From: Formosa sp. Hel1_33_131
GTDB lineage: Bacteria > Bacteroidota > Bacteroidia > Flavobacteriales > Flavobacteriaceae
Reading direction: 5' to 3'
Length of the DNA stretch: 32,000 nt
Assembly: GCF_001735745.1 (NCBI RefSeq)
Contig: NZ_CP017260.1
Coordinates: 1,980,001 to 2,012,000 of the forward strand
A model generated the notes under the pieces. That model saw only the letters and a list, made by a program, of their open reading frames with translations, made no database searches and had not been told where the DNA came from. This document shows, in pieces, positions 22,542-30,275 of the stretch. Numbering within the stretch: position 1 is the stretch's first letter; every line of letters starts with the position of its first letter. The position numbers and the translations under genes were made by a program.

Positions 22542-23909
22542 TTGATTTTAAAAAGACATCTTACAGCACAATTGCATAAATGGAAAATCAAATCCAATCG
22601 AAAACCTTTAATTGTTAGAGGTGCAAGACAAGTTGGGAAAACTACTTTGATCAATGCCTTTTCAAAAACTTATAAAAATCGCTTATACCTTAACTTAGAG
22701 AAAAAAGCAGATAGCCAGTACTTTGAACAAACGGATAATGTAAATACAATCATTGAAGCTCTATTTATTTCAAATAACATCATTTCGAAAGATATCGGTA
22801 ATACAATACTTTTCATTGATGAGATACAAGAACAGCCAAAAGCAATACAGCTTTTGCGATATTTTTATGAAGAGGCTCCTGATCTTCATGTTATAGCAGC
22901 AGGTTCTTTACTCGAATTTGCACTTAAAAATGTTAAAAGTTTCCCTGTAGGAAGAGTTGAGTTTTTATATCTATATCCTTTTAATTTTATAGAATATTTA
23001 GAAGCAATTGATCACAGTACAGGTCTAGAACAACTAAATAATATTCCTATAAATAACGTTGCTCATAAAACGTTACTCGATTTGTTCAATAAATACACCA
23101 TTATAGGTGGAATGCCAGAAGTAGTTAGTCAATTTGCCAAAAGTAACAGTATCGTCGATCTCTCCTCTATTTATGAGAGTATTTGGAGTTCCTACATTAG
23201 TGATTCAGAAAAATATACAACGAATACAACGGCCAAAAATGTGATTAAGCATATTATGTCATCAGCGGCATATGCTGTTGATGAGCGAATTAAATTCCAA
23301 AATTTTGGCAATTCTAACTATCGCTCAAGAGAGGTTGGCGAAGCAATGCGGAATTTACATCAAGCAAAGGTTATTCAACTTATTTATCCAACGACTGCTA
23401 CCGAACTTCCTATAATACCAGATTTAAAAAAATCACCTAGACTGCAATTTTTGGATACGGGCATACTTAATCATATTTTAGGTATTCGAGCAGAGATGTT
23501 GGTTTTAGAAGATTTAAGCCAAAGTTATAAAGGTGCTATTGTACCACATATTGTAACTCAGGAAATCATTTCTATCCAAAGTAATAAGTCCGAATTACCT
23601 AGTTTTTGGGTAAGAGAAAAAAAGCAAGCATCATCTGAGGTGGATTTGGTCTTTGCGATGGATGGAAAGCTAATTCCAATTGAAATTAAATCAGGAAGTA
23701 CGGGCTCATTAAAATCACTTCATCAATTTATAGAACGCACAAATCATCCCTATGCTATTAGGATGTTTGCAGGGGAGTTTTCAATACAAGAAACAAAAAC
23801 ACCCAGCGGAACCCCATACTTACTGATGAATCTACCTTACTATTTAGGAAGCCTAATTCCTCACTATGTCACCTATTTTATAAAAAACTATCAATTATCT
23901 AAAACATAA
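22542..23909 (+). CDS. AAA+ ATPase with C-terminal PD-(D/E)xK-like (DUF4143-type) domain
   Basis: Walker A GARQVGKTT, Walker B ILFIDEIQ, and a C-terminal EVDLVF...IPIEIKSGS motif. The start is TTG; there is no in-frame ATG after the upstream stop at 22533. Confidence 0.8.
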   Translation: MILKRHLTAQLHKWKIKSNRKPLIVRGARQVGKTTLINAFSKTYKNRLYLNLEKKADSQYFEQTDNVNTIIEALFISNNIISKDIGNTILFIDEIQEQPKAIQLLRYFYEEAPDLHVIAAGSLLEFALKNVKSFPVGRVEFLYLYPFNFIEYLEAIDHSTGLEQLNNIPINNVAHKTLLDLFNKYTIIGGMPEVVSQFAKSNSIVDLSSIYESIWSSYISDSEKYTTNTTAKNVIKHIMSSAAYAVDERIKFQNFGNSNYRSREVGEAMRNLHQAKVIQLIYPTTATELPIIPDLKKSPRLQFLDTGILNHILGIRAEMLVLEDLSQSYKGAIVPHIVTQEIISIQSNKSELPSFWVREKKQASSEVDLVFAMDGKLIPIEIKSGSTGSLKSLHQFIERTNHPYAIRMFAGEFSIQETKTPSGTPYLLMNLPYYLGSLIPHYVTYFIKNYQLSKT

Positions 23910-23930
23910 TTAATCCGACCTAGGTCATTT

Positions 23931-23969
23931 AAAAACAAAGCAAGCTCAAAATAATGAGCTTGCATTTTT
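23931..23969. terminator. Bidirectional intrinsic terminator
   Basis: Stem GCAAGCTCA/TGAGCTTGC is flanked by an A-run and a T-run, between convergent genes. Confidence 0.7.
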
Positions 23970-23990
23970 GAATTTGTAAAGGTGTTGATT

Positions 23991-24161
23991 TCATATAAAG
24001 TCCAGAGAGTAGCCTTTGATATATGTTTCGATCATTAAATAAATAACACATAAAAACATTAAAGCCCATATAGCTGCAGTTTTATACTTTTTATCTTGAT
24101 AATAGATGCTTATTAAAGTGCCGTAGCCCATAAGTAGTACAATATAAATAATTATTATCAT
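23991..24161 (-). CDS. Small membrane protein, 56 aa, two predicted TM helices
   Basis: Hand translation (MIIIIYIVLLMGYGTLISIYYQDKKYKTAAIWALMFLCVIYLMIETYIKGYSLDFI). It is in the same relative position as 19718..19921. Confidence 0.4.
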   Translation of the reverse strand: MIIIIYIVLLMGYGTLISIYYQDKKYKTAAIWALMFLCVIYLMIETYIKGYSLDFI

Positions 24162-24171
24162 GTGTCTTAAT

Positions 24172-24270
24172 TTATCGTTTTATGAATCTCAAAAACCTTA
24201 ACGCCTGAGTCCTAAATTCATTGATTTGCGGATAAGGACTAAAAGTTGTAATTTTGTAATAGTTAACCAT
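24172..24270 (-). pseudogene. 32-codon remnant of a LuxR-type regulator gene (MVNYYKITTFSPYPQI...)
   Basis: The N-terminal 16 residues align with MINNVKITNFKAYPQI of 20128..20718. The upstream DNA (CATAGATTTAAT...) also parallels 20716-20745. Confidence 0.55.
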
Positions 24271-24293
24271 AGATTTAATTTTTTGCGAATAAT

Positions 24294-24569
24294 TTAAAGT
24301 TTCGAGATTGCAGTTACATCCGCGTTTTTTTTATTGATTAGGAATCTTCTTTTTTTTTGAATTTTCAAACACTTTTTGACAACTCTGTAAATAGCCGCTT
24401 CAATGATCTTATGTTTTTCACCGTTCATTACATTAGTGATATGTCCTTTAGAGTAGGGCGCACCAACTTTATTAAATTCGTTACTATCAATTAATTCCTT
24501 TTGAATGAGAGATGCATATGGATGTCCGATAACGCTCTTTATTGATTCTCTGTCCGACTTATTAATCAT
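24294..24569 (-). CDS. Cro-position early protein, 91 aa (paralog of 20745..21014)
   Basis: It shares the core HITNVMNGE.H..IEAAIYRVV and is divergent from a second CI-type gene. Confidence 0.65.
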   Translation of the reverse strand: MINKSDRESIKSVIGHPYASLIQKELIDSNEFNKVGAPYSKGHITNVMNGEKHKIIEAAIYRVVKKCLKIQKKRRFLINKKNADVTAISKL

Positions 24570-24609
24570 AGAAAAATTCTATTTTTTTATTTCATTTTTT
24601 TCTGTTACT

Positions 24610-24637
24610 TTACTGATGTATTACTGTTGCAAATATA
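24610..24637 (-). promoter_or_regulatory. Second copy of the leftward promoter (-7 box TATATTTG at 24637-24630) with TTACTG repeats
   Basis: TTACTG occurs at 24610-24615 and 24621-24626, with the same spacing as in module 1. Confidence 0.5.
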
Positions 24638-24679
24638 ATATAAATATCTAAAAAATAAAAATAATTATCTAATTATTTA

Positions 24680-25033
24680 ATGACGCATAAAGAAAAAATA
24701 TTGCAATATCTTAATTATAAGAATATAAAGCCCACTTGGTTTTGTAGGACTTGTAAATTTTCTAATGGCTTTTTAGACTCTGGAAAGTCTTTTGGGACGG
24801 ACAAATTAGCTATTATTTTAGATAATTATAAAGATTTAAACGTGAAATGGTTGCTTTTTGATGAAGGCGATATGCTTTTATCGGACACAAATATTGTAAA
24901 TGAACCTCATTCAAATTACGGAAAAGAGGTTAAAGAAATGCTTTACGACCAAATTGAAAAAAACTTAATATTAAAGACCAAAAATAAATCTTTGCAAGAA
25001 AGCATCGAGAACTTAAAAAAAACGGATCAATAA
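24680..25033 (+). CDS. Second CI-type repressor-like protein, 117 aa
   Basis: LNVKWLLFDEGDM matches the CI HTH-domain end motif. It has a coiled-coil tail and is much less similar to 21111..21485 than the cro-side paralogs are to each other. Confidence 0.6.
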   Translation: MTHKEKILQYLNYKNIKPTWFCRTCKFSNGFLDSGKSFGTDKLAIILDNYKDLNVKWLLFDEGDMLLSDTNIVNEPHSNYGKEVKEMLYDQIEKNLILKTKNKSLQESIENLKKTDQ

Positions 25034-25048
25034 GTTTCTGATTAAGTC

Positions 25049-25081
25049 AAATGTTTCTCCACTATCAAACATTTTTTTTTA
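25049..25081 (+). terminator. AT-rich hairpin plus T9 run after the second repressor gene
   Basis: AAATGTTT-N10-AAACATTT followed by a T-run. Confidence 0.5.
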
Positions 25082-25153
25082 CAAATCCACACGATTTGAT
25101 ATTTTCCTTCAAAATATAAAACCAGTTAACTATCTTTGAGTTTTAATATACAG

Positions 25154-26182
25154 ATGCAAGAAAAAATTATTGTTACAGGCGGTTGTGGTTACATTGGGTC
25201 CCATACAGTCATCACATTGATTAACCACAATTATGAGGTGGTGATCCTTGATGATTTGTCAAATTCCAATGTTCAAATTTTAGATCGAATTGAAAAAATT
25301 ACAGGCGTTAGACCTCATTTTGAACAGGTCGATTTGAAATCTTCTGAAGCAACCCAAGCTGTTTTTAAAACCCATAAAGATGCAAAGGCAGTCATTCATT
25401 TTGCAGCCCATAAAGCAGTGGCGGAATCCATTCAAAATCCGTTGATGTATTATCAAAACAATCTTTTTTCATTAATCAATACATTGAAAGCGCAGCAAGA
25501 TAATGGCATCAATCACCTTATTTTCTCGTCTTCGGCAACCGTTTATGGAAACCCTTCCACAATGCCCATTACCGAAGATGCCCCTACCCAACGTTCATTT
25601 TCTCCTTATGGAAATACTAAAAAAATTGCAGAAGAAATTCTAGAAGATTTCACCAATTCACAATCAGAGATATCCGTCATTTCATTGCGTTATTTTAATC
25701 CTATTGGAGCGCATGAATCCGGACAAATAGGGGAGTTCCCCACAGGAATCCCAAATAATTTAATGCCTTATATCACACAAACAGCTGCAGGTGTGAGAGA
25801 AAAACTAATGGTATTCGGAAATGATTATCCAACCAAAGATGGCACGCCCATTAGAGATTACATCCACGTGGTGGATTTAGCAGACGCTCATTTAAAAGCA
25901 CTCCAAAGACTCCTCGATCCATCGTCCACTCAACCCCTAGAAGTTTTTAATTTGGGAACAGGAAAAGGGTACTCGGTACTCGAAATGATCAAAGCTTTTG
26001 AAGCGGTGAGTGGAAGCCCATTAAACTATGAAATCACAGAGCGAAGACCTGGCGATGTCCCCGAAATGTTTGCATCTACAGCCTTGGCGAAACAGGTGCT
26101 GAATTGGGAAGCAACCCGTGGTTTACAAGAGATGATTCAGTCTTCATGGACTTGGGAACAAAACCTTAGAAACGAGCTTTAA
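25154..26182 (+). CDS. galE: UDP-glucose 4-epimerase
   Basis: Rossmann motif GGCGYIGSH, catalytic YxxxK (SPYGNTKK), typical length. I preferred the ATG at 25154 over the TTG at 25136. Confidence 0.9.
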   Translation: MQEKIIVTGGCGYIGSHTVITLINHNYEVVILDDLSNSNVQILDRIEKITGVRPHFEQVDLKSSEATQAVFKTHKDAKAVIHFAAHKAVAESIQNPLMYYQNNLFSLINTLKAQQDNGINHLIFSSSATVYGNPSTMPITEDAPTQRSFSPYGNTKKIAEEILEDFTNSQSEISVISLRYFNPIGAHESGQIGEFPTGIPNNLMPYITQTAAGVREKLMVFGNDYPTKDGTPIRDYIHVVDLADAHLKALQRLLDPSSTQPLEVFNLGTGKGYSVLEMIKAFEAVSGSPLNYEITERRPGDVPEMFASTALAKQVLNWEATRGLQEMIQSSWTWEQNLRNEL

Positions 26183-26206
26183 TAATTTACACAACTATTT
26201 TAAGAG

Positions 26207-26914
26207 TTAATGGCAGTCGTATTGTGAATCGATTTGTTGTTCTGTGACCATTTCTGAAGGCGATATGTATTTAATCCCCAGCCCCATTCCGCGCAGAATA
26301 AATAATAAGCCAATAACCACGACAAACACGGGAATGGCTTTTAAGATGTTTTGTTTTGCTTTTCCTTTTAAAAAATTCCCTAGATAAATTGCAACCGTCA
26401 TCAACGGAACGGTACCCAGTCCAAACAGCACAAGATACAAGGCACCATACGTCGCGCCACCACTTGCCAAGGAACCAAACACCGCCATATAAACCAATCC
26501 ACAAGGCAACAAACCGTTTAAAAACCCCAATACAAAAAAGGTTTTAGAACTCTTTTTTTTCAAATGTACACCCATCGCACTTTTCAATTTTGCGACGAGC
26601 GCATACAATGGCTTTGAAAAATTATATTGACTGAATATTTTTGAAGGGATTAAAATCATCACAATCATACTCACGCCAATAAAAATGGATAATTGCTGTT
26701 GAATGCCAAATAAATTCAGACTTTTTCCTAGCAGTCCAAACACAAAACCCAGCAGTCCATAGGTGAACAATCGTCCTATATGATAGCTTAGTAATTGAAA
26801 AATGCGCTTGCTTCTGTTTGTGCGATCAAGAGGTAATAAAAACGCAATTGGGCCACACATTCCAATACAATGGAAACTTCCTAACAACCCGAGGACAAGT
26901 GCTGACCACAACAT
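26207..26914 (-). CDS. Polytopic membrane protein of the DsbD_2/TauE-like family associated with cbb3 oxidase maturation clusters
   Basis: HCIGMCGP motif in the first TM helix and multiple TM helices. It is the last gene of the cco cluster. Confidence 0.7.
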   Translation of the reverse strand: MLWSALVLGLLGSFHCIGMCGPIAFLLPLDRTNRSKRIFQLLSYHIGRLFTYGLLGFVFGLLGKSLNLFGIQQQLSIFIGVSMIVMILIPSKIFSQYNFSKPLYALVAKLKSAMGVHLKKKSSKTFFVLGFLNGLLPCGLVYMAVFGSLASGGATYGALYLVLFGLGTVPLMTVAIYLGNFLKGKAKQNILKAIPVFVVVIGLLFILRGMGLGIKYISPSEMVTEQQIDSQYDCH

Positions 26915-27369
26915 TAATACACGATTTTTTCTTTATACATAAACGCTTTATCTTGATAAATCCAGTCAATGGTAATGTTCCAACGGCCACCTATCAAATT
27001 TTTATCTGGAATGTGTAGTTTACGATCCTTAAAAATGAGTGGTAATTCAAAATCCAACTGCTGATTAGAAGGTCTGTAGAGCGCAATGGTTCCTTTAATT
27101 TTTGAGGTATCAAATTCTGTAGGGAATACAATCAGCCATCCAGTTGGTACTTTTTTACTCTCTATTTTTTCGATAAGATTTTGCGTATTTGTTTCCGCAT
27201 CGATCTCGTTTTGATACGCCATTTCTTTGGCATAATAATCCTCTGTGACCAGATCATGACTGAATTTTTCATCCGTACTCATTGTAATTACAAAGTAGAG
27301 AATAAAGCTAATAAACCCCAGCATTACAAATACAATTCCTGTTCCCCAATTCCATTTCATTTTTTTCAT
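26914..27369 (-). CDS. FixH/CcoH-like protein
   Basis: 151 aa with one N-terminal TM helix, directly after ccoG. Its stop and the downstream start share position 26914. Confidence 0.65.
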   Translation of the reverse strand: MKKMKWNWGTGIVFVMLGFISFILYFVITMSTDEKFSHDLVTEDYYAKEMAYQNEIDAETNTQNLIEKIESKKVPTGWLIVFPTEFDTSKIKGTIALYRPSNQQLDFELPLIFKDRKLHIPDKNLIGGRWNITIDWIYQDKAFMYKEKIVY

Positions 27370-27375
27370 CTGTTT

Positions 27376-28797
27376 TTATTTATAACTTCTAGGTCCTAAA
27401 AAGGCGGTGGTGATGGTTTCAATCAGCCGCTCACCACTATAAATCCCTATTTTCAATCGGTCTTTGTCGCCCGTTAAGGCGGCGGCATTTATTTCTATAA
27501 ACAATGTGCCTTCGGCAAATTTTTCTTTTTCTATTGTAAAATCACTGTGAGACACTAGTTTTATAGTCCCTTTATGGGATAGCAATTCAAACCGAATTCC
27601 ATCGATATCCGCAACGGTTTTATTGAAAATTTTATAGGTATAGACATTACTGATGATATTATTTTCTTTGTGTTCATACAATTCCCCAGGCAATCTAAGA
27701 AACTGTGCTTCTACATCATTGCGCAAAAAAAGCATCCCAATGAGTACTACTGTGACAATCGCCAAGACTGCCGTATAGCCTTTGAGGCGTGGCGTAAAAC
27801 TGAACTCTTCTTTCTTTTCAATTGCGTCTTCACTGTCGTACCGAATGAGTCCTTTGGGCAAATCAACTGCTTCCATCATATAGTCGCAAGCATCAATACA
27901 GGCGGTACAATTGATGCACTCTAACTGCGTGCCATTCCGAATGTCAATGCCAGTGGGGCAGACGTGCACACATGCAAAACAATCAATACAATCGCCTTTG
28001 CCCGTTTCGGGTCGCTCTTCGTTTTTTTTAAACTTCGCCCGTCCCGCTTCTTTTTCACCCCGTTTATGGTCGTATGCAACTACAATGGATTTGTTGTCTA
28101 GCAACACCCCTTGCAAGCGTCCATACGGACACACAATTATACACACTTGTTCTCGAAACCAAGCAAAAATAAAGTAGAAAACAGCAGTGAAAATAAGGAG
28201 AGAAATAAGTGTGCTTTGATGTTTTAAAGGTCCATCTGATATGTAGCCTAACAGTTCGTCGCTCCCTATGAGATAGGCAAGAAACACATTAGCAATTAGG
28301 AAGGAGATGATAAAAAATACGATCCATTTGAGCACCCTTTTTTTTATTTTTTCAGCGTTCCAGGGCATTTTTGATAAGCGGATTTGTTTGCCTCTATCTC
28401 CATCAATCCAGTATTCAATTCTTCTAAAAACCATTTCCATAAAAATGGTTTGAGGGCAAATCCAACCGCAAAATATACGCCCAAAGGCGACCGTAAATAA
28501 AATGACAAATACCACCCCAACAATCATCATAATCACAAAGAGGTGAAAGTCTTGTGGCCAAAATGGAATCCCGAAAATATTAAATCGCCGCTCTAGCACA
28601 TTAAACATCAAAAATTGATTGCCACCTATTTTGACAAAGGGTGCCGCAAATAAAAATACAAGTAAAACATAGCTTACATATTTGCGGTAGTCATACCACT
28701 TTCCATCTGGTTTTTTAGGAAATACCCAAGCGCGTTTCCCTTCGGTGTTTAAGGTTCCAATTGTATCTCTGAAATTATCTTGTCCTTGTTCTGCCAT
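27376..28797 (-). CDS. ccoG: Cytochrome c oxidase accessory protein CcoG (FixG), 4Fe-4S ferredoxin-type
   Basis: Cys clusters CIDCFACVHVCP and CINCTACIDACD, a CPYGRLQG motif, and N-terminal TM helices. Confidence 0.9.
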   Translation of the reverse strand: MAEQGQDNFRDTIGTLNTEGKRAWVFPKKPDGKWYDYRKYVSYVLLVFLFAAPFVKIGGNQFLMFNVLERRFNIFGIPFWPQDFHLFVIMMIVGVVFVILFTVAFGRIFCGWICPQTIFMEMVFRRIEYWIDGDRGKQIRLSKMPWNAEKIKKRVLKWIVFFIISFLIANVFLAYLIGSDELLGYISDGPLKHQSTLISLLIFTAVFYFIFAWFREQVCIIVCPYGRLQGVLLDNKSIVVAYDHKRGEKEAGRAKFKKNEERPETGKGDCIDCFACVHVCPTGIDIRNGTQLECINCTACIDACDYMMEAVDLPKGLIRYDSEDAIEKKEEFSFTPRLKGYTAVLAIVTVVLIGMLFLRNDVEAQFLRLPGELYEHKENNIISNVYTYKIFNKTVADIDGIRFELLSHKGTIKLVSHSDFTIEKEKFAEGTLFIEINAAALTGDKDRLKIGIYSGERLIETITTAFLGPRSYK

Positions 28798-29114
28798 TAT
28801 GGGGTCTTGTTCGATTTTCTTAAAAGGAGTAGGAAAATGGCATCAAAAACTCCGACTACCGAATGCTTTGTGTCTGGAGGAATCTCAAAAGAATCGAAGC
28901 GTTCCAGTCGATAACTAGACGTTGCCGTATTAAAATCGATTTCCCCTTGTACCACCATGATTTTTGCTTTAGAAGTGGTTAGATTTTCTGGCAATTCAAC
29001 ACCCCTCCGCAACCCGATGACAAGGAGTGTTTTGTCCGCTTTATCATAGATTTGCTTGATAAGCGGTTTTTTGCTTTTTGAGAGCGATTCGGATATTTCA
29101 TTTATGACTAGCAT
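28797..29114 (-). CDS. Hypothetical 105-aa protein between ccoP and ccoG (possibly cupin-like)
   Basis: ORF track. Its stop shares position 28797 with the ccoG start. The fold call is weak. Confidence 0.45.
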   Translation of the reverse strand: MLVINEISESLSKSKKPLIKQIYDKADKTLLVIGLRRGVELPENLTTSKAKIMVVQGEIDFNTATSSYRLERFDSFEIPPDTKHSVVGVFDAIFLLLLRKSNKTP

Positions 29115-29196
29115 CGGGTTGTTTTAAATTCTCATCACAATTTTAAGTTTATAGTGTCAAATACGATTTCTTTAATTTTATTATCATTGATTTTCC

Positions 29197-30078
29197 TCAC
29201 TCTGGATCCACCCATAATTCGCCTTCAGCGTCTTTAGGTTCGGCAGGCGTGGTTCCTTGAAAACTCAATACATAACTGGCTACTTGCGCTCTTTCCAAAG
29301 GTTTTAATTCGTTTTTCCAAGCAATCATTCCTTTTCCACTTCGGCCTCCTTCTGAAATGGTATTAAAAATGTTTTTAATACCGCCTCCTAATATCCAGTG
29401 TTCATCGGCTAGGTTAGAGCCAATTCCGCCACCGCCATCTGCTTTGTGACACACCGCACAGTTCGTTGTAAAAATAGTTTTACCCGCTTTTAAATCTCCA
29501 CTTTCTGTGAGCAGGGTGACGGTACTTGCATCCACTAGATTTTTAGCAGTTTTTTTCCATTTTTCAACTTCTATTTTTGCGTCAGCAACCGCAATTTCGT
29601 ATTCTTCAATTTGATTGTAATCGTTCAATACTTCAAAACGTACGAGATACACAACGGCAAATAAAATAGTGCCATAAAAACCATAGACCCACCACGGCGG
29701 TAATTTGTTGTCCAATTCTCGGATGCCATCGTAGTTGTGATCTAAAATAATTTCAAACTCTTCTTCGACGGCTTTGCTGCCTAAAGCAGCTTTGTATGTT
29801 TCTTTGAACCATGTGAATTGGTTTGCTTTTTTTAAGGCAGCTTTTTCGTCATATCTCTTTTTGGCTTCGGGTGATAGCGTTTGGTATAGAATCCTTTGCA
29901 AAGCACCCACACATATTTCTCCTGCAATATGCACAAAAATGATAAACCCATAGATCCCCCACAGCCAAGGTTGTTCAATAAAGGAAGAGGTTTCATCGGT
30001 AGTGCCAATCCAGTTCAAAAATAGAAATCCAATGAGGGCGACTCCAAAAACCCTTAAAAATGATGCGGTTGTTTTCAT
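29197..30078 (-). CDS. ccoP: cbb3-type cytochrome c oxidase subunit III (mono-heme form)
   Basis: Two N-terminal TM helices and a single CAVCH heme-c motif. It overlaps the ccoQ-like stop. Confidence 0.85.
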   Translation of the reverse strand: MKTTASFLRVFGVALIGFLFLNWIGTTDETSSFIEQPWLWGIYGFIIFVHIAGEICVGALQRILYQTLSPEAKKRYDEKAALKKANQFTWFKETYKAALGSKAVEEEFEIILDHNYDGIRELDNKLPPWWVYGFYGTILFAVVYLVRFEVLNDYNQIEEYEIAVADAKIEVEKWKKTAKNLVDASTVTLLTESGDLKAGKTIFTTNCAVCHKADGGGGIGSNLADEHWILGGGIKNIFNTISEGGRSGKGMIAWKNELKPLERAQVASYVLSFQGTTPAEPKDAEGELWVDPE

Positions 30079-30272
30079 AACAGTGATTGATTTGGGTTGA
30101 TAGTATCGTCATTTAAAGGGAGGTTACTCACTTCTTCAATATGTGCTTTATTTGCGGTAGCCACCCACCAGAATAGCACCACAAAAAAAATGAAGAATAT
30201 AAGTAATGAAATCATGGGGTAAATTTGTACGCCATCAATGTTCTCTAGGTTTCCTTTTACATATTTTAACAT
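30075..30272 (-). CDS. ccoQ: CcoQ/FixQ-like small membrane subunit
   Basis: 65 aa with one TM helix, located between ccoNO and ccoP. Confidence 0.65.
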   Translation of the reverse strand: MLKYVKGNLENIDGVQIYPMISLLIFFIFFVVLFWWVATANKAHIEEVSNLPLNDDTINPNQSLL

Positions 30273-30275
30273 AGC

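Noticed and set aside
1-25100. Integrase, excisionase, tRNA or clear att core
   Set aside because: None was recognisable in this window on either strand, so the prophage boundaries cannot be fixed from these data.
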